Source: Octopus sinensis (Eukaryota). From it: a DNA stretch of 64,000 nucleotides. This document shows positions 53,901 to 64,000 of the stretch, one piece after another. A program made the translations under genes and the position numbers. The stretch is taken from assembly GCF_006345805.1 (NCBI RefSeq), contig NC_043008.1, forward strand, positions 56,482,001-56,546,000, read 5' to 3'. Each line of letters opens with the position of its first letter. Within the stretch, counting starts at the first letter, position 1. The notes beneath the pieces are model-generated. The model was given only the letters and a program-made list of their open reading frames with translations. It made no database searches and was not told the origin of the DNA.

Positions 53901-54990
53901 GCTAATAATGGTTTATTATGATGTTATACAATCTTGTTTAATAATGTTTTTATAATATTTCTTTTATACTATTTTTTGTGATTTTCCTTCGTTTTGTTCT
54001 TACAAAATACTCGATAATGTTGTTTAATAATGTTCTTTTCTTACAATGTTATTTTTTCATTGCAATTGACTTAGGAAGAGAAACCAATCTAAAATTCTTC
54101 ACCACCATGGAAAGAGCCACACAAGTTTCCTTTGATCGATAGATCGAATAGATAATAACCAAGATGAAAAAACATATCGATATAATCGAATATATTGATT
54201 TTCAAGCGGCAAGACGCGAGAAATAAATGAAATCCAGCAGTTATGAACATTAAGAAAGTCATACATATCTGTCATTTATAATTTAGTAGATTTCAGATAC
54301 TCCTTATATATACTACAATGTTCTTGCTTTATTCTAAACGTAGCCAACAAGAGAAAGAGACGTTACACGATCGATCAATTTACTAGAAGTAGCAGCATTA
54401 TGTCGCTCCAATTACGTTCTATCTTCCTTAAAATATTAAAGTGCACATTAGATAATTAGTCGAAGACAATCTCTTTCACTACAAAGAACTACACACACTC
54501 ACACAAACACAGATACACACAGACCCTGGGTTGCAGTAGAAGACACGTACTCAAGGTAGCGTGCAGTGAGAATGAATTTGGAATAGTTGTCTTATATATG
54601 TCTATGTCTGGTCGGCAAATGGTGTCATGTAAAGAAAATATACTCGAAGGAATGCAGCAGAAAAAAGAAAACATTGTATTCTCGCATAAATTTCTATCAC
54701 AAAAATATAAAGCTTGTTATAGAATTCCCTACGTGTCGTTAGTCTATCTGATATCATTGGGTTGTCTGGAAAAATTCGTGCCGATTTTTAAAGGAAAGAA
54801 AAAGGTCAATAAATACTTGCCATTACATTTTTAATGTAATTTCGGAGTAGAGAGTAACTCGATTACCTCGACCCCAGTCCTCGAACGGTACTTATGTTAT
54901 CGCCCTTCAAAAGGATAAAATATAAAGTCGTACTCGGCGCAAATTTATGCTAAGAACATGAAGTAAAAACGGGCGAAATGCTGCTAAATA

Positions 54991-55557
54991 CTGGGCTGTC
55001 CGGAAAGTTTGTGTCGATTTTTAAAGGAAAGAAAAAGGTCAATAAATATTTGCCATTACATTTTTAATCAACCAAATATGAACCATTTTATTTCACAATG
55101 CTTCTCCATCTTTCCTTTAGCTTGAAAATACCCTCTTCCCAGAATTGAGGCGGTTTCATGGCAAAGAATTCATCAAGGTATCTTTTTACGTCAATTAAGG
55201 AATTGAAATTTTTACCATTAAGATTATTCTGCAGAGACCTGAATAAGTGGAAATCGAAAAGAGCAATATCTGGTGAATATGGAGGGTAGAGTAACGCATC
55301 CCAGCCGAGCTCCAGCAATTTTTGACAGGTTCCCAAAGCATCAAGTGCCGAAAATGAACTTTCTTATCTTCCATTTTAAAGGGTTACAGAATTAACACAG
55401 GTTATAGGAACATAAACCTTCTTCTACGAAGAGAGAACTTACATTCTGCTCTAAATGTAGGTATAGTCAAATCCTATTTTATGAACTCAACCATGTTCTA
55501 AAATAAGTTGAACGGTAAGCTAATATAAATCGGCACGAACTTTCCGGACAAACCCCC
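54991..55557 (-). mobile_element. Internally deleted mariner (non-autonomous), copy 1
   Basis: TIR (c/t)tgggytgtccggaaagtt; peptide QKLLELGWDALLYPPYSPDIALFDFHLFRSLQNNL. An extra ~85 bp copy of one end lies at 54756-54838. Confidence 0.9.
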
Positions 55558-56232
55558 AAAATGGCAGAATAGAAGTGTTTTTTGCAAGGTGAAACGCTTT
55601 GTTGAGGTTAGCTTCCATACTGTTAAATGTTGTTTAAACAATTTTGCTGTTATCTCTTTAAAATGTTCTACAACCGTTATTTCCTTTTCCAGACCCAGGA
55701 CGGAAGCGCCTCTTACAATTAATTCAATGCTGTTAGATAGTACTGATTTTGAATATTTAGTGAAGTGAAGCATTTTGCAGACGTGAGCTTCCTCACTCTC
55801 TTGTGTTATAAGTTGTTTAAGCAATTTTGTTAAAATTTATCTTTAAAAAATTGATTTAAAATCGTTATTTCTTTCTCCAAACACAGGCGTCTTAGAATTG
55901 GTTTCAAACTTTAGCACACGGCCAGAAACTTCGAGGGAGGAGGTAAGTCGATTACTTCGACTCCAGTGCTCAGCTGGTACTTAAAGTATCGACCACGAAG
56001 GTATGACCGGCAAAGTCTTGTAATTATTTCGATGCTTTAGATGTTCTTGGTTTTAAGTTAACTACCACACTTAATACCATTTATGAAATTGACTGGATAA
56101 AACCGAAAATGACGCGTGAATCCGTACCTCAAACCTTCCATTCATCTCTGTCACACTATATACCTAGTGTTTTTTTAGCCATAGGTCCGCCTTAATACAG
56201 GTTACCTGAGATTGGATGCATTCCTTACATAA

Positions 56233-56466
56233 CCTATTTCTTTATTACCCACAAGGGGCTAAACACAGAGGGGACAAACAAGGACAGACATAGGTATTAA
56301 GTCGATTACATCGACCCCAGTGCATAACTGGTACTTAATTTATCGACCCCGAAAGGATGAAAGGCAAAGTTGACCTCGGCGGAATTTGAACTCACAACGT
56401 AACGGCAGACGAAATACCGCTAAGCATTTCGCCCGGCGTGCTAACGTTTCTGCCAGCTCGCCGCCT
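56233..56466 (-). mobile_element. SINE family A, full length
   Basis: Near-exact reverse complement of 63672-63902. Confidence 0.92.
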
Positions 56467-56992
56467 TTTTTTGTTGAAGCCTATTTACATGCACTCCATA
56501 CATAACCGTTCCGTTGTTTCTCTCCTTGGGTCAGTGTACCACATATTGGGTAAAATTATCCAGCATTTCTTCGCACACTTTTAAGAGTGTGAATTGAAGG
56601 ACATATGACAGTAATTTCTAGCAAAACGAGTGATTAATTAGAGATTCACTAACAAAACGATAATGAGCGATATTGTGTTCTTGAATACAGCTCTTACCTG
56701 TCAAGGGAACTATTGTGTAATTTTTAATGCCCACGCTGCAACAACGCTTTATAATTAACTGGACTCTTATAATATTCACAATAATTGGCATATTTATAGA
56801 AATCACATCTAGTTTGTAAATAGGCTTCAACAAATTTTTCAAGCATTTGCTAAGTTAATATAAACTTTAACTGGCTCAATGCTTCCCGAATATTATTTTG
56901 TCACTAAAATCAAAATCAATAAAGGTAACTCGAGAGAAAAGTATCTGTTATATATATATATATAAATATACATATGTGCATGTGTGTGTGTG

Positions 56993-57023
<31 letters not shown>

Positions 57024-57176
57024 GTATGTATATATATATATATATATACATACCTATGTATATATATAGGTACATATATACAGATATATATATATGTAAA
57101 TATCTATGTAAATATATACAATCACACATATAATTATAAGAATATATATGCTTGTGAGTGTGTATGAATGTATGTA

Positions 57177-57221
<45 letters not shown>

Positions 57222-57731
57222 ATACATACATACATTCATACACATATACAGATACACGTACACATGTATATATATATATTTAAATTAAATTGTGACAATA
57301 AAAAATATATTTACGCACAAATAGATTTGTCGATGCAGGCTTAGCTATTTTATTAAACGCTTTGTGTCATAACACTATTATTATGTTAGTGATTGAAGCA
57401 AGCAATCGGACTATAAATTCAATTTAAATAATATAACTTGTATTATATAATACGATGCACAGCTATTCTGTAAACCTAATTTGATTATCTCAAATTCGCT
57501 GTGATTTCATTTTGGTAATGTTCGGAAGATAAAGAACAAAATTCGATTTTACGACAATGGTCTTCATCGGATGCACTAGCATTGTAAATTCTAGAGAAGA
57601 ATTTTAATCGATACCCTTCGTCATTCACAAATTCATTGAATTTGATGTCAGAGGTTTGTAAACCCAAAGCAACACTCCATTGGAAACCAACAAACTGTTT
57701 AGTTTGGTGAATATGTATTTACATCATTAAG

Positions 57732-57757
57732 TCATGTGACGTCAGTGAGTCATGTGA
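57732..57757. promoter_or_regulatory. Candidate cis-regulatory motif cluster (2x TCATGTGA, CRE, AP-1)
   Basis: TCATGTGA 57732-39, TGACGTCA 57737-44, TGAGTCA 57746-52, TCATGTGA 57750-57. Confidence 0.35.
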
Positions 57758-57868
57758 TTGTTTCTTCATTTTATAAATTATTTTTAGGTTTTAAGTGTTA
57801 AGGTTCACTAATGTACGTATACACAGGCACACACATAGACACATGCGGGTCCGTACGTACACACACAT

Positions 57869-57922
<54 letters not shown>

Positions 57923-58049
57923 CGTCTTGCAATTATCTTATTGTTAAATCTGCCGAACCGTTATGGTTCAGAAACGTAAACAAACCAATACCAGTTGCCA
58001 AGCTGTGGTTGGAGACCGGTACAAAGATGTACGCTTACAAACAACGGAT

Positions 58050-58355
58050 TTCTTTGTTTCACTCATAAAACATTGGTCTACCCGAGGCTAAAGTAGAAGA
58101 AACCTTTCCAAAGTGCCGTGTAGTGAAACCGAACTGAAGACCACATGGTTGGGAGGCAAGATTCACTTGTATGTGTTTATATATATATTCTTTTCTATTC
58201 TTTCAGTTTCCGTCGACCAAATCCACTCACAAAACTTTGGTCAGCCCGAGGCTATAGTTGAAGACAGTTGCCCAAGGTGCCACGCAATGGTATTGAACCC
58301 GGAACCATGTGGTTGGTAAGCAAGCTACTTACCACACAGCCACTCCTGCGCCTAT

Positions 58356-58428
<73 letters not shown>

Positions 58429-58436
58429 TATATATA

Positions 58437-58488
<52 letters not shown>

Positions 58489-58756
58489 TATATATATATT
58501 ATATATATATATTATATATATATTATATATATACATATACCATACTTTCATACTTTGATTCCTTTACTTGTTTCAGTCATTTCCTGGAGCACTGCCTTAA
58601 AGGGTGTTAGTCGAAGAAATCAACTTCAGGATTTATTCTTTGTAAACCTAGTACTTATTCTATCGGTCTCTTTTGCCGAACCGCTAAGTTATGTGGATGT
58701 AAACACAACAACGCCGCTTGTCAAGTGGTGATGGGAAGACAAACACAGAGTCAAAG

Positions 58757-58810
<54 letters not shown>

Positions 58811-58870
58811 ACACACATATATATATATATATATACGACAGACTTCATTCAGTTTCCGTCTACCAAATCT
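58050..58870 (-). mobile_element. Cluster of family B SINE copies/fragments
   Basis: Segments at ~58050-58190, 58195-58352 and 58562-58870. Confidence 0.8.
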
Positions 58871-60675
58871 ATTCGAAACACATGAGAGGAAATGAGCAAG
58901 AGCAAGAGAAACATCAACATCTTGAAGCTTTTCAAGGAGCTCTACGAACCAAAAAGTACCTCTAGGCTATAGGTTAATCTGCTAAAAATAGCAGCAAAAT
59001 CTGATAGCCACATATTTGTCACTTTCAAAAATGGTTTGTGATTTGGGAACGAGAAAAACAAATTCGCGGAGTAAATCAATAGCATTGTTACTAATATTTG
59101 ACTTGTACTTTATTTCATCGACCACGGAGGGATGAAAGGCAAAGTTAGCCTCAGCGATATTTGCATCAGAACATACAGATCCGGAAGAAAGACCGTCAAC
59201 TATTTTGTTCGTTGTGCTAACGACTCTGTCAACTCGTCGAAGAAAAGGTGATTGCAGTTAACTGACAACAGTTTGAATACTTTTGACTGTACCTTATCTG
59301 AATTAGAGCCGACCTGAAAATTTATCAACAAAATCAGTTGAACAACTGAGCCGTGACAAAGACAGAAATCCCGCACCAATGTCTATCTTACTAAAAGAAA
59401 GAATTGTCATAATGAATAGCATAAAAACGTCTGGATATCAAAGCTGGAAAGACTTTGATCATATATCTATTCGCTGGAGGATACCTTAGACAGCAACAAC
59501 AGTAGAAGAAAAAGATAACAGATAGCAGTAATTGATTTATCAATTAAATTACTTTCACTTGAAGTCTAGAATCATTGACCTTACACAAGTTCATCAGCTA
59601 TGGAGTTCATGCATGGCTGTATAGTAAATAAATTTGCTTCGCAAAGACATGACTCCGGTTTCGATGTCACGTAATGTCGGTTAAGAAAGAAAAGCAGACT
59701 TAATATATGATTTATAACTGAACTTTATGTCTAACCGAGAAGTTCAATGCACTGAAACAGGCAATGATATCTCTAAATAGGAGGAGATATTGTCAAATTA
59801 TCGCCATTATCACCCTTAGCAAGTATGCACTACAAAAATGAAAATTGCTTATGGGAAACATATTTAAACACAGGGAGGTAAAAGTTTTGACAAATATATA
59901 TTTATTTGTTTATATATTTAATTTGGCAAAAAATGTTTGCACAGAGGCGGTAATATGACTCATGAAATTTAACAGAGATGTGATTGTTGTAAGCTGAAGA
60001 CAGTGTCTCTTGACAAAAAATGTCTCCAGAGGGTTAATACATACAAAAGAAAAAAATAAACAAATAAAATAAAAATGTAAATAAAAATATTCAACATTTT
60101 TTTCTGGGTTATTTATGTAGCAGCGTTCGAACAAAAAAAAAAGGAGAATTAATTTCATTATAGGTTTTCTGCTTTTGTTTCTCTTTGTAGGAAAGTATAG
60201 TTAAATATAATAGAAAAATAACAAATACAAACAAAGGAGGAAAAACGAGACTTGTATATTGGAAAGTAAATGAAATGACCCTCCTCTTTCCCCCTACACA
60301 CATGTTAAAAAAAGTGTTTCGTTAAAAGATATGATCAATGTTTGTCAGCGATTTTACTGCCCAGAAATAAATGTTTCTGTTTTATAGACTTTTACGGCTT
60401 CAAATGTGGAAGACAATATTTGCTGTGGTAGACATCTATTTGCTCTCTGTCCGTCGTTTCATTAATCAACTTGCTGACTTAATTACGCTTTTTGTTTGGT
60501 CAATAAACAACCGGAGTAACACATTACGTGTTTGGATAATTTGATATGAATAAATGTTTGCAGTTTCTCAATTATTGCCCATTCTTAAGAATACATTTAC
60601 ATGCGCGGTCAGTCATCGTATTGTTGAATTTGTCCCAGGTAAAATGTCGTACGAAAATTATCGACGGTTTTAATA

Positions 60676-61241
60676 TTGGGTTGTCCGGAAAGTTCGTGCC
60701 GATTTTTAAAGGAAAGAAAAAGGTCAATAAATATTTGCCATTACATTTTTAATCAACCAAATATGAACTATTTTCTTGCACAATGCATCTCCATCTTTCC
60801 TTTAGCTTTAAAATACCCTCTTCCCAGAATTGAGGTGGTTTCATGGCAAATAATTCACCAAGGTATCTTTTTACATCATCCAAGGAATTGAAATTTTTTC
60901 CATTAATACTATTCTGCAGAGACCCGAATAAGTGGAAATCCGAGGGAGCAACATCTGGTGAATATGGAGGGTGGGGTAACACATCCCAGCCGAGCTGTAG
61001 CAATTTTTGACAGGCTCCCAAAGCATCAAGTGCCGAAAAAGAAATTTTTTATCTTCCATTTTAAAGGGTTACAGAATTAACCCAGGTTATAGGAACATAA
61101 ACCTTCTTCCACGAAAAGATAGCTTGAACTGTGCTCTAAATGGAGGTGTAGTCAAATCCTATTTTATGGACTCAACCATGTTATAAAATAAGTCGAAAAG
61201 TAAGTTACTATAAATCGGCACGAACTTTTCGGACAACCCAA
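60676..61241 (-). mobile_element. Internally deleted mariner (566 bp), copy 2, TA target duplication
   Basis: TA|ttgggttgtccggaaagttcgtgccgattt...aaatcggcacgaacttttcggacaacccaa|TA. N-terminus MEDKKFLFRHLML is fused to the C-terminus HPPYSPDVAPSDFHLF...ERWRCIVQENSSYLVD*. Confidence 0.95.
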
Positions 61242-62734
61242 TATATAGCTTTGGTGACTCACATTTTTCCAGTGTGGTAGAGTGGAATGGTTGTCTTGGA
61301 TAAAAAAAGAATATATAGCTCAGATAAAAGTATTTATTGCAGTATTTGGCTGGTGCTTATTTTGTCGTTGCAGGAAAGGTAAAAATTAGCCCAGCAATAT
61401 TTGAACTGTAACACAAACCTTTAAGTATTTGCCCACAACTCTTACCATTCCACCTCCTACCTTCACCTATATATTCTCATACAGTAAGTATTATTAATTT
61501 TATATCGAGTACTACTAGTCTTTTGTGGTTAGAACGTAAATTTTCCAAATATTGTAGTGATAACTGAACAATTACCGAGAGACATTGCAAGATTCTTTTC
61601 ATGCAAGGACGCATTTCTCGATTCCAAAATTTCTACTACTTTAGATTCTCAAGATGTCATGTCGAATTCAATATCAACTTGTTAACATGGTGTCTCTTCT
61701 TACTACTAAGTTGAAGTCTTCGGCTTGTCACCGAAATGAATCTTCGTTGTGTTGTGTCGTTTCTATAAGTATTTCGATCCTCATTGCACTGATAAACTGC
61801 CACTTCTATTAAGCTCTGTCAAGACGTTTTGACGTGTCACCCGCTTCTCTCTTCAGGTGCATCGTTTCTCTCTTGAGCTTCCTTTTATTCTTATAACTTC
61901 TTTCATAAAACTACTGTTCACTGAAACTCACTACCATCATTATGTTTCCTCTGGTTTAAGCCTTCTGTCAATCAACATCTTTTGAATTTATAGCTCCCTT
62001 TTTCTTATAAGTCCCTTACACTAGAATAGCCTCAAGACTACTTTAGCAAAAAAAAAAACGTATAAAAGAGACCTGATAACACTTTTTGTTTTCATATTTT
62101 ATATTTCTTTGAAGTGATTTTATTTTGCTACATATTGCCTGTACTTTTACAAAGGATAACCCCACATCTCGCAACTCGATCCTCAGTTAAATGTGTAAGA
62201 TATCAAATACTTTGTGGAGAAAATGTCATGAGGTTAATTAGTATATTAAATATCTTAACATAAATTTAAGAGCACATTTTATACATTTTTGGCATTGTCA
62301 TCATTAATAAGCTTACGAATTTAACATTTTCCCAGTTTGCAGCAATCGATTCATATCACTTAATTAGGTTCATTTATGTCAGACAGTTTCATACTGTATA
62401 TCTGTTAGTAAGTTATATATTCACCTTGTAAGGGTCCACTGAAAATTAATAAATGACATTTGAAGCTACTGGTAGCTATACGCATGGCTGTTCGGTTAAA
62501 ATGTTCGATTCGGAACTACTGATTTTGGGTTTAAAACCATTGCCCGGCCTATAAGTCTGGTATCTTCTGTTTCGGCGTCTGGTCAGCCCAATCGTGAAAT
62601 TTGGCAGAAACAGTGAAAACCAAGCAGAAGTACTATCGACTGACAAGATGTCATGTTAAGTCAAAAGTAGAAATTAACTGTTTCGAAAGCTCTCGGCGGA
62701 GAGCCCCCAAAATTGAAATAATGGCAGAAAGTTA

Positions 62735-63190
62735 AATAGAAAAAGCGTTAAAGCCCATATGGGGTGAAATAATGCATATAAATAGAGGCAGGAAATACAG
62801 CACGGTGGAGGTACGGTTCAGGGATGCAGCAACCGCCAGACTGCACTCTGTAAACCCGCTTCTACCCACATACCTTGGAAGACGCACTTCCAGGGTGAGG
62901 GTGGAGGACATAACTCCAGAGATAAATGCAGCCTGGTTAGTAGACGAGATCCTGATAGGCTTGGAGGAGAAAGTTGTAGTCCTCCAAGCCACGTGCACGG
63001 CCAATAATAACTGGCAGGGGCAAGGGCTGGAGATAGTGATTCAAGCCACCCCTGGAGACATTGAATATATGGTTGAAACCATCACGGTAGATGTAGTGCT
63101 GAAGGTATAGCGCTGAAAGTGGCAGGCAGAATCCCTAGCTGTTACCAATCTGGCCAAAAGGGTAACACCTAGGGATTCTGCCCTTCACCA
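62735..63190 (+). pseudogene. LINE (L1/Tx1-like) ORF1 fragment
   Basis: NRGRKYSTVEVRFR...YLGRRTSRVRVEDITPEI followed by a degenerate zinc knuckle, GRIPSCYQSGQKGNT*GFCP. Confidence 0.65.
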
Positions 63191-63671
63191 ATTGCTGACT
63201 CCGAAAACAATAAGGAAGCCGCACCCCCTCCTCCACCAGAAACCAACACAGAGACAACAACATCAAAGGATGTAAGAGACGAAGAAGGATGGGAAAAATA
63301 GAAAAGAAAAAGAAAAAGGAAGACAAACTGACGGTGATGAGTCCCACCCCACGTCCACGTCGGTCACGGTGATCACGGTGATAATGTATATTATATATAT
63401 ATACACGACGGGTTTCTTAAAGTTTTTGTCTACCAAATCCTTAATCACGCCTGCGTCAGCACCTTTGTATAGAAAATGTTTTCCCTCTATTCTTCTTTCC
63501 ACTAGTAAGTGATTATGTAGTGGGTTGCATAGCTCACTGTTTCCCCCCCCCCCACAGCCAGGCTGGTTAAATCTTCTATAAGTTTTATGACCAGCAGAGA
63601 GATTGCTGGCTAGATCTTATAATAATTACCTGAATGATAACCTCTTCATGTAACTCTATATTGGTCGACCA

Positions 63672-63902
63672 GGCGGCGAGCTGGCAGAAACGTCAGCACG
63701 CCGGGCGAAATGCGTGGCCGTATTTCGTCTGCCGTTACGTTCTGAGTTCAAATTCCGCCGAGGTCGACTTTGCCTTTCATCCTTTCGGGGTCGATAAATT
63801 AAGTACCAGTTGCGCACTGGGGTCGATGTAATCGACTTAATCTCTTTGTCTGTCCTTGTTTGTCCTCTCTGTGTTTAGCCCCTTGTGGGTAGTAAAGAAA
63901 TA
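63672..63902 (+). mobile_element. Young full-length SINE family A with 15 bp TSD
   Basis: TSD tatattggtcgacca at 63657-63671 and 63903-63917. B box gagttcaaattcc; central gcctttcatcctttcggggtcgataaattaagtacc resembles the MetaSINE domain as recalled (unverified). Confidence 0.95.
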
Positions 63903-64000
63903 TATATTGGTCGACCATAATGACAGGCTTTTCGTTATTCATTGTTCGCCAGCCATGATGACAGCGCCTCGTCGTAATTCTGTATCTACTGAAAGGGAAA

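Noticed and set aside
57485-57715. Minus-strand open stretch FVGFQWSVALGLQTSDIKFNEFVNDEGYRLKFF...
   Set aside because: Protein-like but unrecognised, with no supported splice structure; not called as CDS.
62150-62195. Minus-strand CTGAGGA tcg agttg cga GATG
   Set aside because: Lacks the GAAA core strand.

Overview
This is AT-rich, repeat-saturated eukaryotic DNA, intronic or intergenic. I found no convincing host protein-coding exon, RNA gene or CRISPR array. The SINE families resemble octopus repeats as I recall them, so the taxon is an unverified inference. Nearly all supplied ORFs are translations of (TA)n/(CA)n/(TATG)n/(TATC)n microsatellites or of SINEs. Supported content: three tRNA-derived SINE families (~40 copies or fragments), two copies of an internally deleted mariner, a rosa/DUF4817-type Tc1/mariner relic, a Tc1 transposase fragment, non-autonomous Helitrons, LINE fragments, and a Penelope-like GIY-YIG fragment. 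The main unexplained signal is a set of type I hammerhead-ribozyme (HHR) motifs read by eye. Nine have a complete layout, at 581, 5543, 12806, 14457, 26210, 32416, 32613, 49167 and 50694, and fall into at least six sequence-unrelated families. There is also a half motif and a decayed one. They lie in short units abutting (TA)n tracts, have mostly palindromic stem III, and co-occur with fold-back palindromes of ~27-878 bp arms. One family carries the compensatory U3:A8 core. This fits a diverse population of Penelope-derived, (TA)n-associated, self-cleaving mini-retroelements. Coordinates were counted by hand, and no folding or searches were run.
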